Assembly (NCBI GenBank): GCA_017414715.1
Contig: JAFQKV010000119.1
Location: 8,968-72,967, forward strand
Direction: 5' to 3'
Source: Clostridia bacterium
GTDB lineage: Bacteria > Bacillota > Clostridia > Oscillospirales > QAMX01
DNA length: 64,000 bases
Part shown: positions 10,565 through 20,633 of the stretch, in pieces
Layout: every line of letters starts with the position of its first letter
Position numbering within the stretch: position 1 is the stretch's first letter
Program-made: the position numbers and the translations under genes
The notes under the pieces: generated by a model
The model's input: only the letters and a program-made list of their open reading frames with translations
What the model was told of the DNA's origin: nothing
Databases searched by the model: none

Positions 10565-11004
10565 CAGATAACCTCAGCTTTCCCGCCTGCCGCCTCAATT
10601 TTTTCCTTTGCACTGCCGGAGAAGGCAACCGCCTTCACGGTAAGAGCCTTGGTGAGTTCGCCGTTGCCGAGGATCTTGACGCCGTCGAAGGTCTTCTTGA
10701 CGAGACCGGCCTTCTTCAGCTCCTCCAGACCAACGACGGAACCGGCCTCAAAGCGATCCAGGTCACCGACATTGACGGGAACGAAGCGGATGGCGAAGTG
10801 ATTGGTAAATCCACGCTTGGGGATGCGGCGGGAAAGGGGCATCTGGCCGCCTTCAAAGCCGGGGCGAATGTTGCCGCCGGAGCGCTGGCCTGCACCCTTG
10901 TGGCCACGGCCGGCAGTCTTGCCGGTGCCGGAGCCGATGCCGCGTCCGAGACGCTTACGGCTCTTGGTGGAGCCGGGGACCGCAGTCAGTTCATTCAGTT
11001 TCAT
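10564..11004 (-). CDS. rplO: 50S ribosomal protein L15
   Basis: 146 aa. Contains [21 protein letters not shown]. Confidence 0.95.
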   Translation of the reverse strand: MKLNELTAVPGSTKSRKRLGRGIGSGTGKTAGRGHKGAGQRSGGNIRPGFEGGQMPLSRRIPKRGFTNHFAIRFVPVNVGDLDRFEAGSVVGLEELKKAGLVKKTFDGVKILGNGELTKALTVKAVAFSGSAKEKIEAAGGKAEVI

Positions 11005-11018
11005 ATTGTGGTCCTCCC

Positions 11019-11201
11019 TTACTCAACCGATTCGGTCTTGACAAGATAGCCGATCTGAGCGATCTTGCCCTGGGTTGCCTGATTATCAGGCTGAATGGTC
11101 ACGTCATGGAGCTTCTTGAGGCCCAGAGACTTTGCGGTGGCAATGTGCTTGGCATTGCGGCCGGAGATGCTCTTGACGAGTTCGATCTTAATGTTAGCCA
11201 T
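11019..11201 (-). CDS. rpmD: 50S ribosomal protein L30
   Basis: 60 aa. Position between rpsE and rplO. Contains [12 protein letters not shown]. Confidence 0.9.
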   Translation of the reverse strand: MANIKIELVKSISGRNAKHIATAKSLGLKKLHDVTIQPDNQATQGKIAQIGYLVKTESVE

Positions 11202-11215
11202 TGTTTCTGCCTCCC

Positions 11216-11719
11216 TTAACCGCGGATCTGCTCAGCAGACTTGCCGCGCAGACGTGCAACTTCGGAAGCGTCCTTCAGGGACTTCAGCGCAACCATGGTC
11301 GCCGTAGCAACATTCTGAGGATTGTTGGAACGGAGGCTCTTGGTGCGGATGTTGTGGATGCCGGCCATCTCCATAACGGCACGGACGGCACCGCCGGCGA
11401 TAACGCCGGTACCCTCGGGAGCGGGCTTCAGAAGGACCCGGCCGGCACCGAACTCACCGATAACATCGTGAGGAATGGTGGTGCCGAGCAGAGAAACCTT
11501 GACGAGATTCTTCTTTGCATCTTCGAGGGCCTTGCGGATCGCATCGGGAGCCTCGGATGCCTTACCGTGGCCAAGGCCAACGGTTCCGGCGCAGTCACCA
11601 ACGACCACGACGGCGGAATACTTGAAAATACGGCCGCCCTTGACGGTCTTGGAAACGCGATTGGTAGCAATTACCTTTTCCTTGAGATCCAAGGTTGCGG
11701 CGTCAATGTTGTTAGACAT
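11216..11719 (-). CDS. rpsE: 30S ribosomal protein S5
   Basis: 167 aa. Contains [23 protein letters not shown]. Confidence 0.95.
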   Translation of the reverse strand: MSNNIDAATLDLKEKVIATNRVSKTVKGGRIFKYSAVVVVGDCAGTVGLGHGKASEAPDAIRKALEDAKKNLVKVSLLGTTIPHDVIGEFGAGRVLLKPAPEGTGVIAGGAVRAVMEMAGIHNIRTKSLRSNNPQNVATATMVALKSLKDASEVARLRGKSAEQIRG

Positions 11720-11733
11720 TCTTTTTCCTCCCC

Positions 11734-12096
11734 TTAAAACTCAAGTCCGGCTTCGCGGGCACCGGCGGCAAGCTCAGCCACACGACCCTCGAAAACGTAG
11801 CCGCCGCGGTCGAAAACGACAACGGAGATACCAGCTTCCTTGGCACGCTCAGCAATCAGGGCGCCGACCTTGCGGGCAGCTTCCTTATTACCGCCGTACA
11901 CACCCTCCAGGGACTTATCCTGAGAGGAAGCGGCAGCCAGAGTCTTACCGGTGGTGTCGTCAATCACCTGGGCGTAAATATGCTGCAGACTGCGGAAAAC
12001 GCAAAGGCGAGGTCTTTCGGCCGTGCCGCTGATCTTTCCGCGTACTCTCTTGTGTCTCTTGAGACGCTGCTCATTGGAATCAATACGAGAAACCAT
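11734..12096 (-). CDS. rplR: 50S ribosomal protein L18
   Basis: 120 aa. Contains [26 protein letters not shown]. Confidence 0.95.
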   Translation of the reverse strand: MVSRIDSNEQRLKRHKRVRGKISGTAERPRLCVFRSLQHIYAQVIDDTTGKTLAAASSQDKSLEGVYGGNKEAARKVGALIAERAKEAGISVVVFDRGGYVFEGRVAELAAGAREAGLEF

Positions 12097-12111
12097 CCTG
12101 ACACAACCTCC

Positions 12112-12657
12112 TTACTTCTTCGCCGCGGTCTTACCCTCTTTATGGATAATGACCTCGTCAACATAGCGAATGCCCTTGCCGTGGTAGGGCTCGGGAACCT
12201 TCTTCTTGCGGACGTCGGCAGCAAACTGACCGACGAGCTGCTTGTCGGGACCCGAAATGGTGATCTTCAAGGGATCGGGTACCTCGATGGTGATACCGGG
12301 GATCTCATCAACGATAACCTGGTGAGAAAAACCGAGGTTCATAACCAGCTGCTTGCCGGTCTTCTGAGCCTTGTAACCGATACCCTCGATGATGAGCTCC
12401 TTCTTAAAGCCTTCGGTGACACCGATGACCATGTTGTTGATCAGGGTGCGGGTCAGGCCGTGGAAAGCGTTGGCTTCCTTGGAGTTGTCAACGGTGGAAA
12501 CGATGATTTCCGCAGCAGCAACCTCAATCTTGACCTCGGGACGGCAGACGCGGGTCAGCTCGCCCTTGGGGCCCTTAACGGTAACGACATTACCCTCGCA
12601 AACATCAACGGTAACGCCGGCGGGAAGAGCAATAGGCTTTTTGCCGATTCTAGACAT
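12112..12657 (-). CDS. rplF: 50S ribosomal protein L6
   Basis: 181 aa. Starts MSRIGKKPIALPAGV. Confidence 0.95.
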   Translation of the reverse strand: MSRIGKKPIALPAGVTVDVCEGNVVTVKGPKGELTRVCRPEVKIEVAAAEIIVSTVDNSKEANAFHGLTRTLINNMVIGVTEGFKKELIIEGIGYKAQKTGKQLVMNLGFSHQVIVDEIPGITIEVPDPLKITISGPDKQLVGQFAADVRKKKVPEPYHGKGIRYVDEVIIHKEGKTAAKK

Positions 12658-12678
12658 TTTCTGTTCCCTCCCCTTTCA

Positions 12679-13077
12679 TTACCACACGAAGGCAAGAACT
12701 TCGCCGCCAATGTGCTCGGCTCTTGCTTTCTTGTCGGTCATAACGCCCTTAGAGGTGGAGATGATGGCGATGCCGAGACCCTTGAGAACACGGGGAAGCT
12801 CGTCAGCGCCGGCATACACTCTCAGGCCGGGCTTGGACACGCGGCGGAGGCCGGTGATGACGTGCTCCTTGTTGGAGCCGTACTTCAGGGCGATACGGAT
12901 GATGCCCTGGCCGCCGTCGTCGATGATGTTGTAGCTCTTGATGAAGCCTTCCTCCAGAAGAATGTCGGCAAGTGCCTTCTTCATCTTGGAGTTGGGAACA
13001 TCCACAGAGTCGTGCTTCTGAGAATTCGCGTTGCGGATGCGAGTGAGCATATCCGCAATGGGATCAGTAATCTGCAT
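12679..13077 (-). CDS. rpsH: 30S ribosomal protein S8
   Basis: 132 aa. Contains [14 protein letters not shown]. Confidence 0.95.
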   Translation of the reverse strand: MQITDPIADMLTRIRNANSQKHDSVDVPNSKMKKALADILLEEGFIKSYNIIDDGGQGIIRIALKYGSNKEHVITGLRRVSKPGLRVYAGADELPRVLKGLGIAIISTSKGVMTDKKARAEHIGGEVLAFVW

Positions 13078-13154
13078 GGAATTTTCCTCCTTTAGAAGTT
13101 AGGGATCACGCGCTTGCGCACCCCCACTTTTCTATACGTCCTGAATCGGACGCC

Positions 13155-13340
13155 TTACCAGCTTGCCTTCTTGACGCCGGGGATCTCACCCTTGTACGCC
13201 AGGATACGGAAGCAAATACGGCAGATGCCGAAGTCACGCAGATAAGCGTGAGGGCGGCCGCAGATCTTGCAGCGGTTGTAGGCACGGGTAGAGAACTTCG
13301 GCTCAGCCTGCTGCTTGAGGATCATGGATTTCTTGGCCAT
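13155..13340 (-). CDS. rpsN: 30S ribosomal protein S14, type Z (zinc-binding)
   Basis: 61 aa. CKICGRPH...CRIC forms a Cys4 ribbon. Confidence 0.93.
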   Translation of the reverse strand: MAKKSMILKQQAEPKFSTRAYNRCKICGRPHAYLRDFGICRICFRILAYKGEIPGVKKASW

Positions 13341-13894
13341 TATTTCGTACCTCCATTCGTCGCAAAGGGAGCGCCCATCAGAGAGAGAAGCTCACGAGCC
13401 TCCTCATCGGTGGCAGCGGTGGTGCAAACGACGATGTTCATGCCGCGGATCTTGTCGACCTTGTCAAACTCAATTTCAGGGAAAATGAGCTGCTCTTTGA
13501 GGCCGAGGGAGTAGTTGCCGCGACCGTCGAAAGCGTCGGCGCTGATGCCGCGGAAGTCGCGGACACGGGGCAGAGCCACGTTGAAGAGGCGATCGAGGAA
13601 CTCATACATGCGCTCGCCGCGGAGGGTAACCTTGGCACCGATGGGCATGCCCTTACGGAGCTTGAAGTTAGCCACGGACTTCTGCGCGAGGGTTACAACT
13701 GCCTTCTGGCCGGTGATGAGACCGAGATCGGCGCACACAGCATCCAGAACCTTGGGATTCTCGCGGGCCTCGCTGCAGCCGACGTTGACAACGATCTTGT
13801 CAAGCTTCGGGATCTGCATGGGGCTCTTGTAGGAGAAGCGCTTCATGAGGGCAGGAGCCGCTTCTTTGATATATTTTTCACTGAGACGTGACAT
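13340..13894 (-). CDS. rplE: 50S ribosomal protein L5
   Basis: [20 protein letters not shown] is a typical L5 N-terminus. The ORF track starts 2 codons earlier at a TTG (13900), so start choice is uncertain by 6 nt. Confidence 0.93.
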   Translation of the reverse strand: MSRLSEKYIKEAAPALMKRFSYKSPMQIPKLDKIVVNVGCSEARENPKVLDAVCADLGLITGQKAVVTLAQKSVANFKLRKGMPIGAKVTLRGERMYEFLDRLFNVALPRVRDFRGISADAFDGRGNYSLGLKEQLIFPEIEFDKVDKIRGMNIVVCTTAATDEEARELLSLMGAPFATNGGTK

Positions 13895-13917
13895 TATCAA
13901 TAAGTCCTCCCCTTAAA

Positions 13918-14235
13918 TTATATGGTCTCGCCGCAGGCCTTGCAGACACGGGTCTTCGCTCCGTCGTTGAGGAACTTGACACCGGTACGGGCAGCCTTGC
14001 CGCAACGCGGGCACACCAGCATGACCTTGCAGGAACGGATGGGGCCCTCGCTCTTAACGATGCCGCCGACCTCGCCCTGACGTCTGGGCTTCTGGTGGAG
14101 GGTGCGCATATTCACGCCCTCGATGATAACCATCTGCTTGGCGGGATCAACAGAGAGGATCTTACCCTGCTGTCCCTTGTTCTTGCCGGAAATGACCATG
14201 GCGGTATCGCCGGTCTTAACATGTAAAGTGTTCAT
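13918..14235 (-). CDS. rplX: 50S ribosomal protein L24
   Basis: 105 aa. KOW motif GDTAMVISGKNKGQQGKI. Confidence 0.94.
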   Translation of the reverse strand: MNTLHVKTGDTAMVISGKNKGQQGKILSVDPAKQMVIIEGVNMRTLHQKPRRQGEVGGIVKSEGPIRSCKVMLVCPRCGKAARTGVKFLNDGAKTRVCKACGETI

Positions 14236-14249
14236 TAGTCCAGGCCCCC

Positions 14250-14618
14250 TTACAGCACTTCGGGAGCGAGGGAGAGGATCTTCATGTAATCCTTTTCTCT
14301 CAGCTCACGAGCCACCGGTCCAAAGATACGAGTACCACGAGGGGTCTTGTCTTCCTTGATGATGACTGCTGCATTTTCGTCGAATTTGATGTAAGTGCCG
14401 TCGGCTCTGCGAACGCCCTTGACGGAACGAACGATAACAGCCTTGACGACCTCACCCTTCTTGGCCATGCCGCCGGGCGCCGCCTTGCGGACGGAGGCCA
14501 CGATCACGTCGCTGATGTTGCCGTACTTGCGGACGGAACCACCCAGCACGCGGATGCATTTAAGCTCCTTGGCGCCGCTGTTATCGGCAACCTTGAGCAG
14601 ACTTTCCTGCTGAATCAC
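14250..14618 (-). CDS. rplN: 50S ribosomal protein L14
   Basis: 122 aa. Starts [18 protein letters not shown]. Confidence 0.96.
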   Translation of the reverse strand: MIQQESLLKVADNSGAKELKCIRVLGGSVRKYGNISDVIVASVRKAAPGGMAKKGEVVKAVIVRSVKGVRRADGTYIKFDENAAVIIKEDKTPRGTRIFGPVARELREKDYMKILSLAPEVL

Positions 14619-14633
14619 GGTGCTTAAACCTCC

Positions 14634-14891
14634 TTATTTCGCTCTCTCGATGATCGTATCGAGACGCCATCTCTTGTCCTTGGACAGGGGGCGGGTCTCC
14701 ATGATACGAACCTTATCGCCCTCGCGGCACTCATTCTGCTCATCGTGGGCCTTATACTTCTTGGAAACTCTGACAATCTTCTTGTAGAGGGGATGGGTAA
14801 CGCGGTCCTCAACGAGAACTACGATCGTCTTGTCCATCTTGTCGGACACAACCTTGCCGACGCGAGTCTTACGGAAAGCTCTTTCGCTCAC
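14634..14891 (-). CDS. rpsQ: 30S ribosomal protein S17
   Basis: 85 aa. Contains [14 protein letters not shown] ... [13 protein letters not shown]. Confidence 0.94.
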   Translation of the reverse strand: MSERAFRKTRVGKVVSDKMDKTIVVLVEDRVTHPLYKKIVRVSKKYKAHDEQNECREGDKVRIMETRPLSKDKRWRLDTIIERAK

Positions 14892-14905
14892 TTTCGAAAC
14901 CTCCT

Positions 14906-15109
14906 TCAGACATTGGCCTGGCTATTCTTCTCATGGAGAATAGTCATAACCTTGGCGATGTCTTTTCTGACCTCGACCAGCTTCATCGGGTTCTCGAGCT
15001 GCTTGGTAGCGTGCTGGAACCGCAGATTGAAGAGCTCGGTCTTGAGCTCACCGAGCTTAGCTTCGAGCTCGGCACTTGTCATTTCTCTTAAATCTTTTGC
15101 CTTCATCAC
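14906..15109 (-). CDS. rpmC: 50S ribosomal protein L29
   Basis: 67 aa. Contains [21 protein letters not shown]. Confidence 0.92.
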   Translation of the reverse strand: MMKAKDLREMTSAELEAKLGELKTELFNLRFQHATKQLENPMKLVEVRKDIAKVMTILHEKNSQANV

Positions 15110-15543
15110 GCTTCACCACCTGTAGCAGCGTCCAAATCGGACTTCTTAACGAACTTAGACTTGATGGGAAGCTTGTGGCTGGCAAGACGCATAGCCTCGC
15201 GGGCATCGGCCTCGCTGACGCCGCCCATCTCGAACATGACGCGACCGGGCTTGACAACAGCAACCCAGTACTCGGGAGATCCCTTACCGGAACCCATTCG
15301 GGTCTCGGCAGGCTTCTCGGTGATCGGCTTGTCGGGGAAGATCTTGATCCAGACCTGACCGCCACGCTTGATGTAGCGGGTCATGGCGATACGGGCCGCC
15401 TCGATCTGGTTGCTGGTGACCCATGCGGGCTCCAGAGCAACGAGTGCATACTCGCCGTGGGCGATGTTGGTGCCGCGCTTGGCGTTACCGGTGAGTCTGC
15501 CTCTGTGAACTCTTCTGTACTTAACTCTCTTAGGCAACAGCAT
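15106..15543 (-). CDS. rplP: 50S ribosomal protein L16
   Basis: 145 aa. Starts [16 protein letters not shown]. Confidence 0.96.
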   Translation of the reverse strand: MLLPKRVKYRRVHRGRLTGNAKRGTNIAHGEYALVALEPAWVTSNQIEAARIAMTRYIKRGGQVWIKIFPDKPITEKPAETRMGSGKGSPEYWVAVVKPGRVMFEMGGVSEADAREAMRLASHKLPIKSKFVKKSDLDAATGGEA

Positions 15544-16349
15544 TAGTGTGCGCCTCCTTCTCTTCTGGGGGCTCTGTCACCGTACGGACGGTTGCCGCCG
15601 GGGCGACGATCGCCGTAGGGACGGTCACCGGAGCGACGATCGCGGCGATCACGGCGGTCGCGACGGTTCTTGCGCTCGGCGTTCTTCTTTTCCTCATCCA
15701 GACGGTGCTCTCTGGGATTCTTGGTCAGAACCTCACCCTTGTAGATCCAAACCTTGACACCGATACGACCGTAGGTGGTCTTCGCCTCGGCGAAGCCGTA
15801 GTCGATGTCGGCGCGGAGAGTCTGCAGGGGAATGCTGCCGTCGTGGTAGGTCTCCGTGCGGGCGATCTCAGCGCCGCCGAGACGACCGGAAACGGTGACC
15901 TTGATACCCTTCGCACCGAAGCGCATGGCACGGCCCATGGCCTGCTTCATGGCGCGGCGGAAGGAAACGCGCTTCTCGAGGGAAGCAGCGATGCTCTCAG
16001 CAACGAGCTGGGAGTTCATATCGGCATTGTTGACCTCAACGATGGTGATCGCAACGGTCTTGCCGATCATGGCCTCGAGGTCGCTCTTCAGCTTCTCGGT
16101 GGCCTCGCCGCCCTTACCGATGACGACACCGGGACGTGCGCAGTGGATCTTGACCATGACGCGGGCATTGTCGCGCTCGATCTCGATCTTGGGAACGCCG
16201 GCGGCGTAGAGCAGCTCTTTCAGATACTTACGGATCTTGTAGTCCTCAACCAGGACATCGCCGAACTTCTCGTTCTTGGCATACCAGCGGGAATCCCAGT
16301 CCTGGATGATGCCGACGCGAAGGCCGTGCGGATTAACTTTCTGTCCCAT
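15543..16349 (-). CDS. rpsC: 30S ribosomal protein S3 with ~50-aa Arg-rich C-terminal extension
   Basis: 268 aa. [14 protein letters not shown]-terminus, KH domain, then the tail [41 protein letters not shown]. Confidence 0.95.
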   Translation of the reverse strand: MGQKVNPHGLRVGIIQDWDSRWYAKNEKFGDVLVEDYKIRKYLKELLYAAGVPKIEIERDNARVMVKIHCARPGVVIGKGGEATEKLKSDLEAMIGKTVAITIVEVNNADMNSQLVAESIAASLEKRVSFRRAMKQAMGRAMRFGAKGIKVTVSGRLGGAEIARTETYHDGSIPLQTLRADIDYGFAEAKTTYGRIGVKVWIYKGEVLTKNPREHRLDEEKKNAERKNRRDRRDRRDRRSGDRPYGDRRPGGNRPYGDRAPRREGGAH

Positions 16350-16352
16350 GGA

Positions 16353-16691
16353 TTAGTCCTCCTGTTCGCCGATGACGATGGTGATGTGAGAGGTGCGCTT
16401 GTTGATGCGGTGACCTCTGCCCTTGGAGACCGGTCTCATTCTCTTGAGGATGGGGCCGGGGCAGGCGAAGATCTCCTTCACATACAGCTTATCGTGATCC
16501 ATAGAATGATTGTTCTCGGCGTTGGCAACAGCGCTCTTGAGCAGCTTTGCAACAGGCTCGCTCGCAGCCTTGCCGGTATTTGCTACGATGGCAGCGGCCA
16601 GATCGACCTTCTTGCCACGGAGCAGGTCACAGACGATCTTCACCTTGCGGGGAGACATCCGGACAAATCTTAAACAAGCTCTAGCTTCCAT
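16353..16691 (-). CDS. rplV: 50S ribosomal protein L22
   Basis: Start moved to MEARACLRFVRMSPRKV (ATG at 16691, preceded by a GGAGGA RBS). The track ORF extends 8 codons upstream. Confidence 0.93.
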   Translation of the reverse strand: MEARACLRFVRMSPRKVKIVCDLLRGKKVDLAAAIVANTGKAASEPVAKLLKSAVANAENNHSMDHDKLYVKEIFACPGPILKRMRPVSKGRGHRINKRTSHITIVIGEQED

Positions 16692-16711
16692 TTTTGGTCC
16701 TCCTTCCCGCA

Positions 16712-16993
16712 TCATTTACCGTTGTTGGAGGTCTTGCTACCGGCGTGTCCGCGATAGGTGCGGGTGGGAGCGAACTCGCCGAGCTTATGACCGACCATAT
16801 CTTCGGTAACATAGACGGGAACGTGCTTGCGGCCGTCATGGACCGCGATGGTATGACCGACAAACTGAGGGAAGATCGTGGAGGCACGGGACCAGGTCCG
16901 CAGCACCTTCTTCTCGCCGCTCTCGTTCATAGCCACGATTTTCTTCAAAAGACCCGCTTCTACGAAAGGACCTTTCTTAATGCTTCTACCCAT
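16712..16993 (-). CDS. rpsS: 30S ribosomal protein S19
   Basis: 93 aa. Starts [11 protein letters not shown] and contains [11 protein letters not shown]. Confidence 0.96.
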   Translation of the reverse strand: MGRSIKKGPFVEAGLLKKIVAMNESGEKKVLRTWSRASTIFPQFVGHTIAVHDGRKHVPVYVTEDMVGHKLGEFAPTRTYRGHAGSKTSNNGK

Positions 16994-17005
16994 GTGTATG
17001 CCCCC

Positions 17006-17839
17006 TTATTTCCCGTTTCTGCGCTTGACAATGAACTTGTCAGTGCGGTTCTTCTTCTTACGGGTCTTGTATCCCATGGCAGGCTTGCCCCACGGGGTCA
17101 CAGGACCGGGACGACCGACAGGGCTCTTGCCCTCACCACCACCGTGGGGGTGGTCGCAGGGGTTCATGACGGAGCCGCGGACGGTGGGACGGATGCCCAT
17201 GTGACGCTTGCGGCCGGCCTTACCGATCTGGATGTTCTCGTGATCGAGATTGCCGACCTGACCGACGGTGGCGGTGCAGTTCAGGGGAACCATACGAACC
17301 TCGCCGGAGGGAAGGCGGATCTGAGCCATACCGTTCTCCTTAGCCATGAGCTGGGCGGCGGCACCGGCGGAACGCACCATCTGGGCGCCCTTGCCGGGAT
17401 ACATCTCGATGTTGTGGATGAAGGTACCCAGAGGAATGTTCTCGATGGGGAGAACGTTACCGGGCTTGATATCGGCCTCGGGACCGGAGTAGACCTTATC
17501 GCCGGCCTTCAGTCCGTCGGGAGCGATGATGTAGGCGAGCTCGCCGTCCTCGTAGCGGATGAGGGCGATGTTCGCGGTGCGGTTGGGATCGTACTGCAGG
17601 TTCACGACCTCGGCCTCGACACCGACGCGGGTGCGCTTGAAGTCGATGATACGGTACTTCTGCTTATTGCCGCCGCCCTGATGGCGAACGGTGATACGGC
17701 CGTAGCTATTGCGGCCGGAGTGCTTCTTGTTCTTGGCAAGAAGGCTCTTCTCGGGCTTGACCTTGGCCAGACCTTCGAAGGTAGAGACCGTCATATGACG
17801 CCGTGCGGGCGTTGTCGGTCTGAATGTCTTGATAGCCAT
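17006..17839 (-). CDS. rplB: 50S ribosomal protein L2
   Basis: 277 aa. Contains [15 protein letters not shown] and [13 protein letters not shown]. Confidence 0.97.
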   Translation of the reverse strand: MAIKTFRPTTPARRHMTVSTFEGLAKVKPEKSLLAKNKKHSGRNSYGRITVRHQGGGNKQKYRIIDFKRTRVGVEAEVVNLQYDPNRTANIALIRYEDGELAYIIAPDGLKAGDKVYSGPEADIKPGNVLPIENIPLGTFIHNIEMYPGKGAQMVRSAGAAAQLMAKENGMAQIRLPSGEVRMVPLNCTATVGQVGNLDHENIQIGKAGRKRHMGIRPTVRGSVMNPCDHPHGGGEGKSPVGRPGPVTPWGKPAMGYKTRKKKNRTDKFIVKRRNGK

Positions 17840-17862
17840 TGCAATTACTCCTCCTGTTCAGA

Positions 17863-18165
17863 TTACATCAGGCTGTCAAAGAACTCGATGGTCTTGGAGT
17901 CCTCGGTGAGCTTGACGATGGCCTTTTTATAGGCAGGAACGGTACCCGCGGGGCGGCCGGCGGAGAGACGCTTCTCCTTGGCGCGCACGGAAACGGTGTT
18001 GACGGTGTCGACCTTAACGCCGAAGATCTCCTCAACAGCCTTGCGGATCTCGATCTTGTTGGCCCAGGTAGCAACCTTGAAGGTGTACTGCTTGGCAGCG
18101 AGGCCCTCCATGGAGCGCTCGGTAATGATGGGAGCGACGATGATGTCTCTGGCGGTCTTAATCAT
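17863..18165 (-). CDS. rplW: 50S ribosomal protein L23
   Basis: 100 aa. Position between rplD and rplB. Contains YTFKVATWANKIEIRKAVEEIFGVKV. Confidence 0.93.
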   Translation of the reverse strand: MIKTARDIIVAPIITERSMEGLAAKQYTFKVATWANKIEIRKAVEEIFGVKVDTVNTVSVRAKEKRLSAGRPAGTVPAYKKAIVKLTEDSKTIEFFDSLM

Positions 18166-18785
18166 GCGAACACCTCCTCGATCTTGGCGATCGCTTCCTT
18201 ATCAACCACCAGCTTGCCGTACTTCAGCAGCTCGTAGGTGTTCAGGACAGCGGCGGTGGTGAGCTTCACACCCTCGATGTTGCGGGCGGAGAGCTTGACG
18301 TTCTCATTGGCGGCGGCGGTAGCGATGAGTGCGCTGCCGTCGACGTTCACAGCCTTCAGGAAGGCGGCGAAGGGCTTGGTCTTGGGCTCGGCGACGTTCA
18401 GGCTGTCAACGACAACGATGGCGCCTTCGGCAAACTTGGCAGACAGAGCGCTGCGGATAGCCAGACGGCGGACCTTCTTGTTGAGGTTGAAGCTGTAATC
18501 GCGGGGCTTGGGGCCGAGGGCAATACCGCCGTGGATCCACTGGGGAGCACGGATGGAGCCCTGACGGGCGCGGCCGGTACCCTTCTGTCTCCAGGGCTTG
18601 CGGCCACCGCCGGAAACCTCGGAGCGGGTCAGGGTGCTCTGGGTGCCCTGACGGTGATTGGTCAGGTAGCTCTTGACCGCGAGATGCATCACAGCCGTGT
18701 TGGGCTCGATGCCGAAGATCGCATCGGAAAGCTCGATCTCTTCGATCTGCTTGCCGGTCTTGTCATATACGGGAATTTTAGGCAT
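18162..18785 (-). CDS. rplD: 50S ribosomal protein L4
   Basis: 207 aa. Contains SGGGRKPWRQKGTGRARQGS. Confidence 0.95.
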   Translation of the reverse strand: MPKIPVYDKTGKQIEEIELSDAIFGIEPNTAVMHLAVKSYLTNHRQGTQSTLTRSEVSGGGRKPWRQKGTGRARQGSIRAPQWIHGGIALGPKPRDYSFNLNKKVRRLAIRSALSAKFAEGAIVVVDSLNVAEPKTKPFAAFLKAVNVDGSALIATAAANENVKLSARNIEGVKLTTAAVLNTYELLKYGKLVVDKEAIAKIEEVFA

Positions 18786-18811
18786 TTTGTGTCCTCCTAT
18801 CTCGTTCCGAC

Positions 18812-19447
18812 TCAGACACGGGTCGTGTTCTTGATGAACACGATGCCGCCCTTGGGGCCGGGAACCGCGCCGCGGATCGCGATCATGTTCTTTTCCGCGT
18901 CGACCTTGACGATCTCAAGGTTCTGGATGGTAACCTGCTCAACACCCAACTGACCGGCGAGCTTCTTGCCGGGCATAACGCGGGAAGGATCGGTAGCAGC
19001 GCCCATGGAACCGACGGAGCGATGCACAGGGCCGACACCGTGGGTGTGCTGCTGCTCGTGCTGACCCCAGCGCTTCACAACGCCGGCGTAGCCCTTACCC
19101 TTGGTGATGCCGACGACATCGACCTTGTCACCCTGGGCGAAGACGTCAGCCTTGATAACGTCACCGACGTTCATCTCAGCGCCGCCCTCGAGCTTGAACT
19201 CCTTGAGAGTCTTGACGAAGGTGCCCTCAGCGGCCTTCAGGTGACCGAGCTGGGGCTTGGTGAGCTTCTTCTCGGCGACTTCGCCGTAGCCGAGCTGGAC
19301 GGAAGCGTAACCGTCCTTCTCCACCGTCTTCTTGAAGACGACGGTGCAGGGGCCTGCCTCAATGACGGTAACGGGGATAACCTTGCCGTTCTCGTCAAAG
19401 ATCTGGGTCATGCCCACTTTTTTGCCGATAATTGCCTTGTTTAACAT
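18812..19447 (-). CDS. rplC: 50S ribosomal protein L3
   Basis: Start moved to MLNKAIIGKKVGMTQIF (ATG at 19447, GAGGAGGAAA RBS upstream). The track ORF has a 36-codon spurious extension. Confidence 0.94.
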   Translation of the reverse strand: MLNKAIIGKKVGMTQIFDENGKVIPVTVIEAGPCTVVFKKTVEKDGYASVQLGYGEVAEKKLTKPQLGHLKAAEGTFVKTLKEFKLEGGAEMNVGDVIKADVFAQGDKVDVVGITKGKGYAGVVKRWGQHEQQHTHGVGPVHRSVGSMGAATDPSRVMPGKKLAGQLGVEQVTIQNLEIVKVDAEKNMIAIRGAVPGPKGGIVFIKNTTRV

Positions 19448-19579
19448 GTTTTTCCTCCTCGTAAGGTTATTGGTTGACGAAGTTCTCCGCCAACTTGACC
19501 CTCCGGCCGCCGTGAGATATGCGGTCGGAAAAGGGCGTCTGGTGCGGAATCGCAAGCCGCGCCTGCCCTCTCGGGTTTT

Positions 19580-19888
19580 TTACAGTTTGATTTCGATATC
19601 CACGCCGGCGGGCATCTCAAGGGCCATAAGAGCCTTGGTGGTCTCGGCGGTGGGATCGGTGATGTCGATCAGTCTCTTGTGGGTGCGGCGCTCGAACTGC
19701 TCACGGCTGTCCTTGTACTTGTGAACAGCGCGAAGGATGGTGATGACCTCCTTCTTGGTGGGCAGGGGGATGGGGCCGGACACCTTGGCGCCGGTGCGGA
19801 CAGCGGTCTGCACGATGCGCTCTGCGGACTGGTCGACCAGCTGGTGGTCATAAGCTCTGAGTCTGATTCTGATGGTTTCCTTTGCCAT
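19580..19888 (-). CDS. rpsJ: 30S ribosomal protein S10
   Basis: Start moved to [15 protein letters not shown] (ATG at 19888, AAGGAGGA RBS upstream). 102 aa. Confidence 0.95.
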   Translation of the reverse strand: MAKETIRIRLRAYDHQLVDQSAERIVQTAVRTGAKVSGPIPLPTKKEVITILRAVHKYKDSREQFERRTHKRLIDITDPTAETTKALMALEMPAGVDIEIKL

Positions 19889-20220
19889 GGTAGTGAAAAT
19901 CCTCCTTGTCGTACGGTAAACGCTTCCCGTCACTTATATATTTATTTGGAAGCGCCTTTTGCGTACGGACGGATGCTGTGGTTTTGAAAACAGCCGTTCT
20001 TTTAAGAACACTCCTCCGGGTGTGTCATCCCGACTGCATAAAAGCAGCCGGTCGTCGATGACGAACCGGCAGGGATTCACCGTCAGACCGACCACTACGG
20101 TCGCGTACGGCAAACTGAACTTGTGTTTTCACCCTAACCGCCCGATTACACGGACATACTCCGCGGAAAAACCCACGCAGCGCGTGGCAACCTCCCGCAT
20201 CATCGCTTTCCATAGTGACG
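19889..20220 (-). promoter_or_regulatory. long (~330 nt) structured 5' leader of the S10 operon
   Basis: Lies between the consensus promoter and the rpsJ RBS. Several hairpins are readable on the minus strand: CCACGC-GCT-GCGTGG followed by GTTTTT, CCGGTTCGTC/GACGACCGG, CCGGCTGC/GCAGTCGG, and CGCTTCC/GGAAGCG next to the RBS. Confidence 0.55.
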
Positions 20221-20227
20221 CTCAGCT

Positions 20228-20256
20228 ATTATACCAAACTGAGCCGGGCGTGTCAA
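20228..20256 (-). promoter_or_regulatory. perfect-consensus sigma-A promoter TTGACA-17-TATAAT for the ribosomal superoperon
   Basis: The minus strand reads TTGACACGCCCGGCTCAGTTTGGTATAAT. Confidence 0.8.
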
Positions 20257-20286
20257 CCCCTTTTTTCGGGTTTTTTGCAATATTTT

Positions 20287-20633
20287 TTATTCCTCGATTT
20301 CGAAATCCACGCAGGCGCGGGCGATCCGCACCTCTTTGACAAAGGCGGAGATCTTCTTATGCTCGGGATGCACCTTGTAGGCCTCCAGCGCAGCAAGGGA
20401 ATCAAAGGTCATATACAGCACCATATCGTAGGACATTTCGCTGTGCAGGACGTCCTTGCCGATCTCCATTCCCCGGATCTCCGGTACGATCCCCCGCAGG
20501 GCAAGCAGCCTCGCCCGCACGGTCTCCATGTTTTCTTCTTTGTTCTTTCCATCGCCTCATCGGCAAATTTCCACATTATGATATGACGTTTTTCTTTTCT
20601 TATATATAATATTGTTATTTGCAGGACAGCCAA
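20287..20633 (-). pseudogene. Dabb (stress-responsive alpha/beta-barrel) family gene split by a 1-nt frameshift
   Basis: The N-terminal strand RHIIMWKFADEAMERTKKK is in one frame (ORF 20409..20633). The remainder, METVRARLLALRGIVPEIRGMEIG...HPEHKKISAFVKEV...VDFEIEE, is in the next frame (20287..20529). They join at AAGAAGAAAAC (about 20531-20541). Confidence 0.55.

Noticed and set aside
9263-10801. 512-aa ORF on the plus strand
   Set aside because: It is antisense to secY and rplO, which are unambiguous. It is a D/G/E-rich shadow frame.
19889-20220. Possibility that the rpsJ leader is a known RNA gene (RNase P, SRP RNA, 6S, cobalamin or SAM riboswitch)
   Set aside because: I looked for hallmark strings from memory (GAGGAAAGUCC, the SRP GGAA/AGCA domain-IV motifs, the B12 box GCCACUG, SAM-I junction motifs) and found none. 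It stays unclassified pending an Infernal scan.
19959-20339. 126-aa ORF inside the rpsJ upstream region
   Set aside because: It is on the opposite strand to the promoter and leader, has no RBS, and crosses the -10/-35 elements. I treat it as non-coding leader DNA.
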